64,000 bases of DNA from an uncultured Spirochaetota bacterium (GCA_963835575.1 CAWIGG010000005.1:64001-128000); one strand, 5' to 3'; positions 40,927 to 51,517 are shown, counted from the stretch's first letter. Notes: generated by a model not told the origin, from the letters alone. Program-made: numbers and translations.

Positions 40927-42486
40927 ATGGGGCTGAAAAATAAGGCTCTTCAATACAAAGAAAAGAGCTCGTCTTTTAGTGTAGAAAATCTCGAGAAACT
41001 TATCGGCGGCCGTACAATCAATTCATCAGAGATCCAGCAGCTTAAAAATGATATAGATGATTATCTTAATTCCCTTAAGACAGAACTGGACCGAAAGCTT
41101 CTGGATATGCAGACATTATTCGAAATCGGCAAGGAAATCAATTCCACCCTTCATCTTCTTGATCTCATGCAGATCATTATTTTTACGCTTATGGGCCAGT
41201 TCATGATTTCCGATGTGGCGATTTTTGTCTTTTCCGATAATGAAATGCGCCTGGTGGAAAAAAAGGGGTTTAAAGAACTTTTCTTCCTGGAAAAAGAGCC
41301 CGATTTTTATGATTTTTTAAAAAATGCTGACCACCCCCTCCTGATACAGGAACTTTTAGACTTTCCCAACCAGTATCAGGCCCTCAGCCGGAACAAGGCG
41401 GGGCTTCTGGTGCCGGTCCAAAATAAGGAAAAACTTGTCGGTATTTTTATTCTGGGAGAAAAGGGTAATAATGAACCTTATTCACCCGGCGAAAACAGTT
41501 TCATCTATACTCTCGCGTCGCTTTCCGGCATCGCCATGGATAATGCCCGGCTTTATGAAGCCCTGGAAGACGCCAACAAGCAGATCAGCAAGAAATACAA
41601 CGAGCTTTCAACACTCTATGAGATCAGCAAGGTAATTAATTCCAGCGACGATTTCCAGGCCGTGCTTGCCCTTATCACGGAAACAATAACTACCGGTTTC
41701 GGGGTCAAGCAGGCCCTTCTTTTTACATATGAAGAAGACCTTCCTGTTATTAAAAAAATAATCGGCCTTCCGGATAAAATATTAAATCAGACCATATCTC
41801 TCCTTCCGGAAGAAGAAAACCTCTTTCTTAAAATGCGTTCCGGCATCCTTACGGCCGGAAAAAGAATAAACGGAGCGGAACTTCCGGGGGAACGTTATCT
41901 TTTCATGCCCCTCGTCAGCAGCGGAACAAAAATCGGCGGGATTTTGATCTTCAATTTTGAGAATTATATCATACAGGATGACAATAATGCGCTGATAAAT
42001 CTATTCTCCATCATCGCGTCTCAAATCGCGCCTCCTCTCGCGCTTACTCGGCAGATCAGTTTTAATAAGGAAAAGAGCGATAATCCTTTCGACGCTGTTC
42101 TTAATTTAATCCGGAATGAGATTGAAAAAGCACGTCTGTTCGGAGTGACAATCCACCTGGCCATGTTAAAGCTGAATAACCTTTCAAAATATAGAGAGCA
42201 TTTCGGCGACGCCGCATCCACAGAGCAGTTTCAATCCCTGCGCGATAAAATCGGCAAACTGCTGCCCAATACAGCAAGGGCGGTCCGCTATGCTTCGAAT
42301 AAAATCCTTATCATCCTTCCGGAAGTCTTTGAAAGCGACCTGCATGATCTTGAAGACTCAATAAAATTCGCGGTAGAGGAAACATTTAAAAATAAAGATA
42401 AGATTGACGCAGGCCCGGAAATTTCTGTGATCGACTGTTCCGATGAAAGCAGGGGATTTCTCTCGCTTCTCAGCCTCATCGAATAA
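40927..42486 (+). CDS. tandem GAF-domain protein with degenerate GGDEF-like C-terminus
   Basis: LFEIGKEINSTL and IAMDNARLY; C-terminal E.FGD..RYASNK lacks the GGDEF motif. Confidence 0.75.
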   Translation: MGLKNKALQYKEKSSSFSVENLEKLIGGRTINSSEIQQLKNDIDDYLNSLKTELDRKLLDMQTLFEIGKEINSTLHLLDLMQIIIFTLMGQFMISDVAIFVFSDNEMRLVEKKGFKELFFLEKEPDFYDFLKNADHPLLIQELLDFPNQYQALSRNKAGLLVPVQNKEKLVGIFILGEKGNNEPYSPGENSFIYTLASLSGIAMDNARLYEALEDANKQISKKYNELSTLYEISKVINSSDDFQAVLALITETITTGFGVKQALLFTYEEDLPVIKKIIGLPDKILNQTISLLPEEENLFLKMRSGILTAGKRINGAELPGERYLFMPLVSSGTKIGGILIFNFENYIIQDDNNALINLFSIIASQIAPPLALTRQISFNKEKSDNPFDAVLNLIRNEIEKARLFGVTIHLAMLKLNNLSKYREHFGDAASTEQFQSLRDKIGKLLPNTARAVRYASNKILIILPEVFESDLHDLEDSIKFAVEETFKNKDKIDAGPEISVIDCSDESRGFLSLLSLIE

Positions 42487-42502
42487 AAGGAAGGGAATCG
42501 TT

Positions 42503-43384
42503 ATGCCGTCCAATCTTCTGGAAATTTCCGGCACCCTTACATCTGATTCGCCGCCCATTCAGCATGAAGGCGCAGTCCTCATCAAGGGCAACGTCGAATC
42601 CAACTGCATGATAGTCGCCAATCAGGATATCGAAATTATCGGAGATGCCGTCGGCTCTAAAATAAAATCCCTTTACGGCAGTGTTATCGTCAGGGGAGGC
42701 ATCAAGGGTATTTCTTCAACAGTTACGGCCGGACAGAATGTTGAAGCGCAGTATGTTCAGAACGCGAATATAAAAGCCTATGGGAATATAACCATAATGG
42801 ATTACGCGGACGAAGCCCATATGACGGCAAAAAAATCCATCCATATTGAAAAAGGCGAAGGCAGGATAGAAGGCGGCGAAATAGAAGCCGGGCAGGAGAT
42901 CATCGCCAATGAGATCGGGAGCCCTAAAAAAACAAACACAACGGTCAAATTGACAAACTTTCATCAGGCCGATCTTTACGGCTTTTTAATCAAATATGAA
43001 AAAGAGGCCGCCGAACTGTCAAAGCAGATACAGCAGCTTGAGAAAATCATCGAGGTCATCAAGATACTGGGAGCCAGGGTTGTGACTCTTCCCCTTGAGA
43101 AAAAACAGGAACTGGCTGCCAAAGTAAAACTCTATAATGAGCTTATTGCCAGAAAAAGCAGGCTGGAAGACGAAAAAAAAGCCCTTTACGATTCGGAAAA
43201 AAACAATGACGAGCTGGACAGGGTCATTATCGCCAAACAATCCATTTTTGAAGGCGTTTCCGTCTGCATTGACAGGGTTTCAAACCTGATACAGAGCAAG
43301 TTTGAAAAAGTGATCCTCTATAAAAAAGGCATCATCATTGTCGGGAATTTTGACGAATTCATGAAAAGAAAAAAATATGCATGA
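42503..43384 (+). CDS. FapA (DUF342) family protein
   Basis: I.GNV...I.A..DI.I.G beta-helix repeats, GG.I.AG..I.A..IGS, coiled coil. Confidence 0.75.
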   Translation: MPSNLLEISGTLTSDSPPIQHEGAVLIKGNVESNCMIVANQDIEIIGDAVGSKIKSLYGSVIVRGGIKGISSTVTAGQNVEAQYVQNANIKAYGNITIMDYADEAHMTAKKSIHIEKGEGRIEGGEIEAGQEIIANEIGSPKKTNTTVKLTNFHQADLYGFLIKYEKEAAELSKQIQQLEKIIEVIKILGARVVTLPLEKKQELAAKVKLYNELIARKSRLEDEKKALYDSEKNNDELDRVIIAKQSIFEGVSVCIDRVSNLIQSKFEKVILYKKGIIIVGNFDEFMKRKKYA

Positions 43385-43463
43385 ATCCTTTCCGTATCAA
43401 TCAATATCGCCCATTTTGTCAAATCCCGAATTAAGCGATTCATACAAAATAAATATATTATTG

Positions 43464-43805
43464 GGGAGTGTCAATTTAACTGTGTCTCTTTGTTAATTAA
43501 AAACAAATATGAATCGGACATAAGAAGCATCATTGCGAAAATCCTGCTATGAACTATGACGATTAATACCGCGCGAAGCAATCTGTTAAATAATAAAGGT
43601 GCCATTAATTATCGACAGATTGCTTCGTACTGTAAATATTGGTACAGTTCAGGTCTGTGACTCGCAATGACGGACTCTAAATATAAAAGCCTTTATGAAA
43701 CTATTATTATAGTATTTAAACTTATGACAAAAGCAAAAAATATAATTATTCTTTATTCAGTAACAAATTATGATGTGTTATAGACACAGTTAAATTGACA
43801 CTCCC
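43464..43805. mobile_element. non-autonomous IS256-type MITE (342 bp)
   Basis: Perfect 24-bp TIRs GGGAGTGTCAATTTAACTGTGTCT; 8-bp TSD TATTATTG; no ORF. Confidence 0.88.
43528..43672. repeat. nested palindromic REP-like element inside the MITE
   Basis: TCATTGCGA...CGAAGCAATCTGT...ACAGATTGCTTCG...TCGCAATGA. Confidence 0.75.
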
Positions 43806-43846
43806 TATTATTGCTTACAAGAAAATATTAAATAATAACATTTATT

Positions 43847-43946
43847 TCACGCAAAGGCGCAGAACGATGCATTGAGCCTGCCGAAATGAACGCAAAGAAA
43901 TCAAGCTCATATTTACTTGCCTTTGCGAACTTTGAGCCTCTGCGTG
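43847..43946. repeat. 9-nt-periodic inverted-arm element
   Basis: TCACGCAAAGGCGCAGA...CGCAAAG pairs with CTTTGCG...CTCTGCGTGA. Confidence 0.75.
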
Positions 43947-44072
43947 ATACAGTAACTACAAGAATCGATCAATTCAGGCAAATATTTTCCCCGCTAACTT
44001 TATTTTTTTTATTTTCAGTGGTATAATGATTGATGGATTTTTATCTATCCGTTCATTAATCAGGGGGCTCTC

Positions 44073-44561
44073 ATGGCAGGGCAGAAGTCTTCCGGAAGGA
44101 AAAAAACAAACTGGAAAATAATCCTTATTGTGTTAGGGATAATTGTAATAGCGGCCGGTTTTCTTATAATTACCATGAAGCTGATGACTTCCCGTCCTTC
44201 CAATAAATATGAAGAAGTACTGGCAAGCTACTATAAATGCAAAGCTGAAGGCAGCACAAATTCCTTATTATTATTGATCACAAAGAATTTTGAGGATGAT
44301 CTTTCCTTCATTGATTTTAAAAGCTCGACATATTCCATTTACGCCTACAATTTTGTTGAAGAAGAGAAGACAAATGATATTATTCAGGCAAAGAAAATCA
44401 CTTACAGTATTACTTTTACCGAAAATAACAGCCCTGTTTCTTATCTCTGCGAAGCATATTTCGTCAAGGAAGATGAGACCATCAAACTGATTTATATCAA
44501 GAAGCTTTATAAGGGGAAGAATATTACCCGTATGACACGGAAGAACCTTATCAAAGTTTAA
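44073..44561 (+). CDS. hypothetical membrane-anchored protein
   Basis: 162 aa, single N-terminal TM. Confidence 0.7.
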   Translation: MAGQKSSGRKKTNWKIILIVLGIIVIAAGFLIITMKLMTSRPSNKYEEVLASYYKCKAEGSTNSLLLLITKNFEDDLSFIDFKSSTYSIYAYNFVEEEKTNDIIQAKKITYSITFTENNSPVSYLCEAYFVKEDETIKLIYIKKLYKGKNITRMTRKNLIKV

Positions 44562-44570
44562 ATAATAACT

Positions 44571-45317
44571 CTAATCCTTACGCCAGGTATTTTCGAGAAG
44601 ACACAATTCGATCCCGCTTGAATCGCACACCTTATGGTTTGTTTTGAGAAAACCGTCCCCTTTTGTTATCTCAACAAGAGATGATACCTTTTCGCCGTAC
44701 TTCGTTTCTTTTTTATACGCTATCTTTAAACCTTCCAGGGAATAATCCCGGAGGATCTCCTCCGGAAGAGCTTCAATGGCCCAATCCACATACCGGGCGT
44801 TATTGACATGACCGTTTGTATCGATATCATTATACCTCACTGAAAACTCGCGTTCAGCATCAACGCTGATTGGCGCCTCGATCTTTTCATTCGCTATGAC
44901 TTCTTTTTTTTCTTCATCCACGCCGTAGGCTTTATAGATATCTTCAGTCACCTTGACCGGTCTCTTATTTCCGACATCGACAAGAAACCAGACGGAATGG
45001 GCTTCCGCCATTTTTCCACCGTCACTGCCGGAAATACTGTAGCGCCTGTAGGCATAATATTTATTGAAGCCCGTCGGCTCGGTCCAGACTTTAACTATAT
45101 CACGGTAGAACGGATATTTTTTTATCTCAATATTCCACTGGTAGAGCACCCATGTCAGCCCTTTTTGAGAAAGATAATCAAGCCCTATTCCCAGCTTTTC
45201 GCTTTGATGGACCGCGACATCGTCAAAAAAATTCATCATTCTGGAAATCAGGACCCTCTTTTTCAGATCAATCTCGTAATGATGGATTTCAAAGTCCTTT
45301 TCCTCAGTGTATCCCAT
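44571..45317 (-). CDS. acyl-ACP thioesterase
   Basis: Double hot-dog pattern; VRYNDIDTNGHVNNARY. Confidence 0.92.
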   Translation of the reverse strand: MGYTEEKDFEIHHYEIDLKKRVLISRMMNFFDDVAVHQSEKLGIGLDYLSQKGLTWVLYQWNIEIKKYPFYRDIVKVWTEPTGFNKYYAYRRYSISGSDGGKMAEAHSVWFLVDVGNKRPVKVTEDIYKAYGVDEEKKEVIANEKIEAPISVDAEREFSVRYNDIDTNGHVNNARYVDWAIEALPEEILRDYSLEGLKIAYKKETKYGEKVSSLVEITKGDGFLKTNHKVCDSSGIELCLLENTWRKD

Positions 45318-45335
45318 GTTTCCCTTCCGAAGGCC

Positions 45336-46532
45336 TTATTTCCATTTATGCTTCCTGCCGTAGACTTCCATCGGAAGGCCGAACAGCTTGATAAATCCCT
45401 TCGCGTCTTTCTGATCGTAATTCGCGCCTTCCTCAAATGTGGAGAGTTTGATGTCATAGAGGGAATCGGCCGATTTGCGGGAAGCGGCAATGCAGTTGCC
45501 TTTATAAAGCTTCATGCGGACCGTGCCGTTCACCACTTTCTGCGTTTCATCGAAAAAGCTCTGGAGGGCCAGACGCAGAGGGTGAAAATACTGGCCGTAG
45601 TAAATCATCTCGGCGTATTTCAGTTCCATCTGCTGTTTGTAATGCATCGTGTCCCTTTCCAGGGTGATCGTTTCCAGCGCCTTATGCGCTTCCATCAGGA
45701 TGGTGCCGCCTGGGGTTTGATAGACTCCCCTGGACTTGATGCCGACAAGACGGTTCTCGACAAGATCGACGAGCCCTATCCCGTTCCTGCCGCCGATCTT
45801 GTTCGCTTCTTCCAGAAGCGCGACCGGTTTAAGCTTTTTGCCGTTCAAAGCCGCCGGCATTCCTTCTTTGAACTCGACTTCCACATATTCGGCTTTATTG
45901 GGGGCGTCGGCCGGGTCAACACCCATCTGGAAAATCGACGGGTCATATTCATTCGCGGGGTCCTCCAGAAAACCGCCCTCGTAGGAGATGTGCATCAGGT
46001 TCGGGTCCATGCTGTAAGGCTTCTTTTTTGTGACGGGAACAGGTATCCTTTTTTTATTGGCGTAATCGATGAGGTCGTTCCGTGCCTTGAAGAAATCGTC
46101 TTCCTTCCATGGAGCGATGATCTTGAGATGCGGGGCCAGAGCGCGGTAAGTCAATTCGAAACGCACCTGGTCGTTCCCCTTGCCCGTAGCGCCATGGGAA
46201 ACGGCTTCCGCTTTTTCCCTCAGGGCGATTTCCACCTGCCTTTTGGCTATGATCGGGCGCGCCAGGGACGTGCCCAGAAGATATTTATACTCATAAACGG
46301 AATTCGCCTTTATCGCGTTAAAAACTGCGTCTTTTACAAACTCTTCCTTCAGGTCTTCCACGTAGACTTTGCTTGCCCCGGTTTTCAGAGCCTTCTTTTT
46401 AATGGCGGCGAAATCATCCTCCTGACCCAGGTCCGCGACATAGGCGATAATCTCGGCCTTGTATTTTTCCTTAAGCCAGGCCAGTATGACGGACGTATCG
46501 AGCCCGCCCGAATAGGCTAAAACGATTTTCAT
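45336..46532 (-). CDS. argG: argininosuccinate synthase
   Basis: LAYSGGLDTS, HGATGKGNDQVRFE, ENRLVGIKSRG. Confidence 0.98.
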   Translation of the reverse strand: MKIVLAYSGGLDTSVILAWLKEKYKAEIIAYVADLGQEDDFAAIKKKALKTGASKVYVEDLKEEFVKDAVFNAIKANSVYEYKYLLGTSLARPIIAKRQVEIALREKAEAVSHGATGKGNDQVRFELTYRALAPHLKIIAPWKEDDFFKARNDLIDYANKKRIPVPVTKKKPYSMDPNLMHISYEGGFLEDPANEYDPSIFQMGVDPADAPNKAEYVEVEFKEGMPAALNGKKLKPVALLEEANKIGGRNGIGLVDLVENRLVGIKSRGVYQTPGGTILMEAHKALETITLERDTMHYKQQMELKYAEMIYYGQYFHPLRLALQSFFDETQKVVNGTVRMKLYKGNCIAASRKSADSLYDIKLSTFEEGANYDQKDAKGFIKLFGLPMEVYGRKHKWK

Positions 46533-46612
46533 ATTAAACTCCTTTAATATACATTATGACAATAGTTTCATAATTAACAAAACTATGTTGTTAACAAATT
46601 AATAATTTGGTG

Positions 46613-46812
46613 AAACCACAAGACTCAAAGACACACCAACTAAATGGGCCTTTCACGCGAATCACACTAATCGGGAATTTATTCACAACCAAGATACCAA
46701 GAAAACTAAAAAAGGAATTTTATGTTCATAGTGGTGAATAAGCTTATTATTCGTGTCTATTAGCGTCATTAGCGGGTTTTTATTTTCTATTCCCCTTCAC
46801 GTCCATTCACGG
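46613..46812. repeat. 9-nt-periodic arm cluster
   Basis: AACCACAAGACTCAAAGACACAC, CACGCGAATCACACTAAT, ATTCGTGTCTATTAGCGTCATTAGCGG. Confidence 0.7.
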
Positions 46813-46890
46813 ATTACATTCTTATTCATTTAATTATAATCAGAATATGGGATTTTATCAAAAAATATCAGGAACCGGGAAGGCTTTCTC

Positions 46891-47622
46891 TCAAATCCCG
46901 TATAAAAGCCTTTCACCCAGATCGGGCGGGAGCCCTTTCGATTTGATGTCCTCGAAGACCTTTCCCTGATCGTAATCATACCTGTAAAAAATCAGACGCA
47001 GCTCATCGTCGATCGTGCAGAAACTTCCTCTCGGGTCCCTGTCGCGAGGCTGGCCGGTACTGCCCGGATTAATGAGATAATAACGGTCGGGCAGAAGCGA
47101 TATACTCACGTTTTCCTGGTAAAAATAATTCCCGTCCTCATCAAAAATTCCGGGTAAATGCGTATGCCCGAAAAAGCAGATGTGAGAGCCTGTATCCCTC
47201 AGCGCGGCTATGGCCTCTTCGGCCTGGGAATGTCTTAAAATATAGGCGTCCGGGTCCGCCGGAGAACCGTGGGCCAGAAAAAAGTCATTTTCCATTTCAA
47301 TCTTTTCGGGAAGAGAAGCCAGGTATTCCTTTTCTTCCGGTTCCAGGACTTCGTCAGTCCATTCAATGGCCCTCTGAGCCCTGTCATTGGCAGACTCCCT
47401 TTGTTTTTTGTCCAGAAGCATCCGCTCATGGTTGCCGGAGATAACGGCGGCGCATTTGTCCCTGACGAATGAAATGCACTCCGAGGGCTGAGGGCCGTAG
47501 CCGACGATATCTCCGAGGCAGAGGAACACATCGCCGGGCGAAAGCATGGGCTGAATGAAGTCATTGAAACTGGAAAGCGATTCATAATTCGAGTGGATGT
47601 CGCTGATGATGATGTATTTCAT
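46891..47622 (-). CDS. metallophosphoesterase family protein
   Basis: SDIHSN, GDIVGYG, GNHE, HGSP, GHTH, NPGS.GQPRD. Confidence 0.93.
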   Translation of the reverse strand: MKYIIISDIHSNYESLSSFNDFIQPMLSPGDVFLCLGDIVGYGPQPSECISFVRDKCAAVISGNHERMLLDKKQRESANDRAQRAIEWTDEVLEPEEKEYLASLPEKIEMENDFFLAHGSPADPDAYILRHSQAEEAIAALRDTGSHICFFGHTHLPGIFDEDGNYFYQENVSISLLPDRYYLINPGSTGQPRDRDPRGSFCTIDDELRLIFYRYDYDQGKVFEDIKSKGLPPDLGERLLYGI

Positions 47623-47656
47623 AGAGATTCCTTTTTATTAAAAAAATATTGAATTT

Positions 47657-48255
47657 TAAACACCAAGATCACCAAGGGCACCAAGAAACACTAACTATGG
47701 TTATTTTACTATTACCTCATACGATTTCTGGCTTACGCCAACTATCAAAATCCAGGCTGTTTGTCATCTTCTTATAAAAAAAAAGCATTAATAATCCAGA
47801 CACCAAACAATTCCCCGCTGTCCTCCGCTATTTTCATTCGCGTTCATTCACGTCCCTTCGCGGTTACCATTCCTTTAATCCTTCTTTCGCGGCCCTTTCT
47901 GTGAAATCTGTGGTTAATTCCCAACGTTCTATTATAATATATACTTGTAAAAGCAATAATAATGAACCACAAATCATCCACCCAAACAATTCCCCACCGT
48001 CCCCCACTATTCCCATTCGTGTTATTCGTGATTTCCCGTTCCCAGTACCCATTCGCGGGCAATCCTTTGTGGTCCTTGGTGTTCTTGGTGTTTAATACCA
48101 AACGTCCTATCATTATCAAGTATCGAATGCCCTCTAATAAAGAACCATTAATTCACCAGACACCAAAATTTCCCCAACGTCTCAGCCTTTCCTATTCGCG
48201 TCCATTCGCGGGTAACCCTTCGTGGTCCTTGGTGTTCTTGGTTTCTTCGCGGTTA
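47657..48255. repeat. large composite intergenic repeat cluster
   Basis: AAACACCAAGATCACCAAGGGCACCAAG arm; several reverse arms (GTGGTCCTTGGTGTTCTTGGT twice); about 110-bp segment homologous to 10658-10769. Confidence 0.75.
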
Positions 48256-48418
48256 ACTCCCAAAATTCACCCCCTCCTCCCGTTATATTTTAAACTTAAT
48301 ATCTTTCTTTGTAAAACAATCCGGGCAAGGATTATAAGCCTATTTTTGAATTCCATAACTTGACTTTTCATATATTTGCTTTAAGCTATTATTTGTTAAA
48401 TTCTGCGGAGGCTTATGC

Positions 48419-49903
48419 ATGCCCAATGGGAAAATTAAGGTTTTAATTGTCGCGGGCGAAGCCGTACCATTCGCGAAGGTCGGGGGACTTGCGGACGTTG
48501 TGGGCGCTCTGGGTAAGGAAATACAGAAAAACGGAGCGGAAGTCAGGATCGTCATACCCAAGTACACAATCGTTTATGATTACATAAAAGAGAATAACAT
48601 TAAGATTATAAATAGCTATGATATTACTGTATCCATTGAAGAAAAGGAAGTCAAAGCCAAAGTCGATGAAGTGCAGAACGACGGGGTTATTTACTATTTT
48701 ATCGATAGCCCCTATTATTTCAAGCGCGACGGCATTTATATGGACAGCAAAACCAGGACGGATTACAGCGACAGCCTGGAAAGATTTGTGTTTTTCTGCA
48801 AATCGGTGCTGGAATGCGCGAAGGCATGCGATTTCAAACCGGACATCATACAATGCAACGACTGGCAGACAGGCCTTGTCCCGGTCTATCTCAAAACCTT
48901 TTACAAGCTCGATTCATTTTTCAAAACAACATACTCCATCTATTCAATCCACAATTTATCCTATCAGGGGATTTTTCCCGTGGAGCAGTTTACCATTACC
49001 GGCCTGGACTGGAAGTATTTTTCAGTCAACGAACTGGAATATTACGGCCATTTGAATATGCTTAAAGGCGGTATTGTCTTTTCCGATATGATCATCACCG
49101 TGAGCGAAACCTACGCCAGGGAAATCCAGATGTCCGAGTTCGGCAACGGGCTCGAGGGCATTCTTAAAGTTAAAGCCTCGCAGAAAAAGCTTTTCGGCAT
49201 CGTAAACGGCGCAGATTACAAGGAATGGAACCCGGCTGTCGATATACATATGAAAAATAAATACAAGATGAATTATGATTTTTCAACACTCGACAGAAAA
49301 AAGAAAATCAAGGAAATGTTCCTTAAAGACAGCGGCTTCAAGAATCCGGACCCGGACAAACCTGTGATCGGCATTATTTCGCGGCTGGTGGACCAGAAGG
49401 GATTCGATCTCATTTTTGAAATAATGGACGAATTATTAAAACTGGGAGTATATTTTGTTGTCCTGGGGACCGGTAAAACGGAATATGAAAATAAATTAGA
49501 AACCATCCGGGAGAGATACCCGGATAAAACGGCTGTATTTATTGAGTTTAATATACCGCTTTCACATTATATTGAAGCGGCGTCTGATATATTCCTGATG
49601 CCTTCGCGCTTTGAGCCATGCGGTTTAAACCAGCTTTACAGTTTAAAATACGGAACTATACCGGTTGTCCGGAATACGGGCGGTCTGGCCGATACGGTCA
49701 AGGACGGAAAAACGGGCTTCGTGTTTAACGATTATAATCCGGATGAATTTCTTAATACGCTTAAAAAGGCGGTACAGACTTATAGAAGTACCCCGGATAA
49801 ATGGAATAAGATCATGGAAAATGCCATGAAAGAGGACTGGTCCTGGGAACGGGCCGCGAAAAAATATTACGAGCTTTATGAAAGCTTGACAAAGAATCAG
49901 TAA
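48419..49903 (+). CDS. glgA: glycogen synthase
   Basis: E..PFAKVGGLADV, NDWQ, HNLSYQG, SRLVDQKG, MPSRFEPCGLNQ. Confidence 0.96.
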   Translation: MPNGKIKVLIVAGEAVPFAKVGGLADVVGALGKEIQKNGAEVRIVIPKYTIVYDYIKENNIKIINSYDITVSIEEKEVKAKVDEVQNDGVIYYFIDSPYYFKRDGIYMDSKTRTDYSDSLERFVFFCKSVLECAKACDFKPDIIQCNDWQTGLVPVYLKTFYKLDSFFKTTYSIYSIHNLSYQGIFPVEQFTITGLDWKYFSVNELEYYGHLNMLKGGIVFSDMIITVSETYAREIQMSEFGNGLEGILKVKASQKKLFGIVNGADYKEWNPAVDIHMKNKYKMNYDFSTLDRKKKIKEMFLKDSGFKNPDPDKPVIGIISRLVDQKGFDLIFEIMDELLKLGVYFVVLGTGKTEYENKLETIRERYPDKTAVFIEFNIPLSHYIEAASDIFLMPSRFEPCGLNQLYSLKYGTIPVVRNTGGLADTVKDGKTGFVFNDYNPDEFLNTLKKAVQTYRSTPDKWNKIMENAMKEDWSWERAAKKYYELYESLTKNQ

Positions 49904-49917
49904 AGGAAGAGGTTTTT

Positions 49918-50127
49918 ATGGCTTTATCGCCCGCCGATAAGGATGCTTTTATCGCGATGCTCAACGGGGCATTCGGCAGCATTCCCTCTTTCCTAAAGGA
50001 TTTCATAAAGCCCGCTATGGTCCTTAATTATCTGCAGACAATACCCGCCAATTTCCGGGATTATACACTGAGGGAAATCATAGATGTCATTGAGGAAGCG
50101 AAACAGAATAACAAGCTTAAAATATAG
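49918..50127 (+). CDS. small hypothetical protein
   Basis: 69 aa with GAGG SD, co-oriented with neighbours. Confidence 0.65.
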   Translation: MALSPADKDAFIAMLNGAFGSIPSFLKDFIKPAMVLNYLQTIPANFRDYTLREIIDVIEEAKQNNKLKI

Positions 50128-50157
50128 AAAAAAATAAAATCCCCACAGGAGGTTTTT

Positions 50158-51498
50158 ATGAAAAATATGATCGGTTTGCTGGGATTAGGCGCCCTTTTAT
50201 TCATTCTTTATTCATGCGGCCCCGCGGTTCCTGCCAAGGAAATTGAAGACGCAAAGTCCGCTCTGGAGCGGGCGAAAACGGTAGACGCCCCGGTTTTCGC
50301 TGCCAAGGACTATATGGATGCCGAATCGGATTATAACGATGCCAACAAGTTCGTGCAGGACAAGAAGAACCAGGAAGCCAAGGACAAGGCTCTCACTTCA
50401 AAAACAAAAGCCGATAAATCCTATGATGCCGCGCGCGCGGGAAGGGCCGAGGATATCTTTAAAAAATGCGGCGATTCATTGAAAACAGCCCAGGATAATT
50501 TCGCGGAAAAGATTATGCCGGATAAATTTGCCGACGCTCAGAAAGGCTATGAGGCTCTCAAGGGAATATATGACACAAAAGATTATGATTCCATTTATTC
50601 CAATGGATCGGTCCTTTACCCGAAAATAAAAGAGATGGCGGACGCGTGCTCGGCCGCCGTGGATAAAGCGAGAAATGCCGTGGCAAACGCCCAGGACGCA
50701 TACGATATGGCGGAAAACAAGGAAATTGTCCGTCAATACGCTCTTGAAGATTTGCAAAAAGCAGTCCCGGTGCTGGATGAAGCGCGGAAAATGCTTGAAG
50801 AAAGCAATCTTGACAGCGCTATCGCCAAGGCAAAAGAAGCCGAGGATATCATAGCCGCCGCGGAAAAAAAGGCGCAGGACGCCTTTGACAAATCCGCGAA
50901 AACCACATCCAGCTCAACGCAGACAATAGACCTGGACAAGCAGAAGGAGCTTGACAACCAGAAAAAACAGGCTTCTGACGCCATTGAAGAAGCCAAGAAA
51001 AAGCTTGAGCAGTTGAAATCCAGGACAAAGGGAAGTTTTTTAAACAGCAGCCTGGACCATTTCGCTTATGTTGATATTCCTTTTATCTATTTTGGCGAAG
51101 ATGTCGCTGATATTACCTCAAACTCAAACGCGGTTGAAACTCAAGGCGAGCCGCCGGCGGCCGTTAAAGACGAAAATATCACCGTGGATATGGTCGAGAA
51201 GAATATCAAGATGGCTGAAGACTCTTACGCCAAGGAAGAATATCTTGATTCCATCGATTACGCCAAAGAGGCAATCAGGATGGCCGACATTCTCCTGGCC
51301 AAGGAACAATTCCTTATTTATACTGTTAAACTCAGACCGGAAAACAGGGACTGCCTCTGGAAGATATCCGGCTATATGTATGAGGATCAATACTGGATGT
51401 GGCCGGTCATCTGGAGGGCCAATAAATATCAGATCCAGGACCCGGATTTAATATATCCCGGGCAGGAATTGAAGATCCCGCCGGCTATGAATAAATAG
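50158..51498 (+). CDS. DUF4398 + LysM lipoprotein
   Basis: Lipobox LYSC, Ala/Lys helical repeats, C-terminal YTV..DCLWKIS..W.VIW.AN..I.DPDLIYPGQEL.IP. Confidence 0.88.
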   Translation: MKNMIGLLGLGALLFILYSCGPAVPAKEIEDAKSALERAKTVDAPVFAAKDYMDAESDYNDANKFVQDKKNQEAKDKALTSKTKADKSYDAARAGRAEDIFKKCGDSLKTAQDNFAEKIMPDKFADAQKGYEALKGIYDTKDYDSIYSNGSVLYPKIKEMADACSAAVDKARNAVANAQDAYDMAENKEIVRQYALEDLQKAVPVLDEARKMLEESNLDSAIAKAKEAEDIIAAAEKKAQDAFDKSAKTTSSSTQTIDLDKQKELDNQKKQASDAIEEAKKKLEQLKSRTKGSFLNSSLDHFAYVDIPFIYFGEDVADITSNSNAVETQGEPPAAVKDENITVDMVEKNIKMAEDSYAKEEYLDSIDYAKEAIRMADILLAKEQFLIYTVKLRPENRDCLWKISGYMYEDQYWMWPVIWRANKYQIQDPDLIYPGQELKIPPAMNK

Positions 51499-51517
51499 CA
51501 GGTAATATTTTTAAATA

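Noticed and set aside
44997..46520. 507-aa plus-strand ORF
   Set aside because: Antisense shadow of argG and the thioesterase; no recognisable motifs
47844..48567. Several short ORFs in the repeat cluster (also 10502-10765)
   Set aside because: Produced by the periodic repeats; no SD or protein-like features
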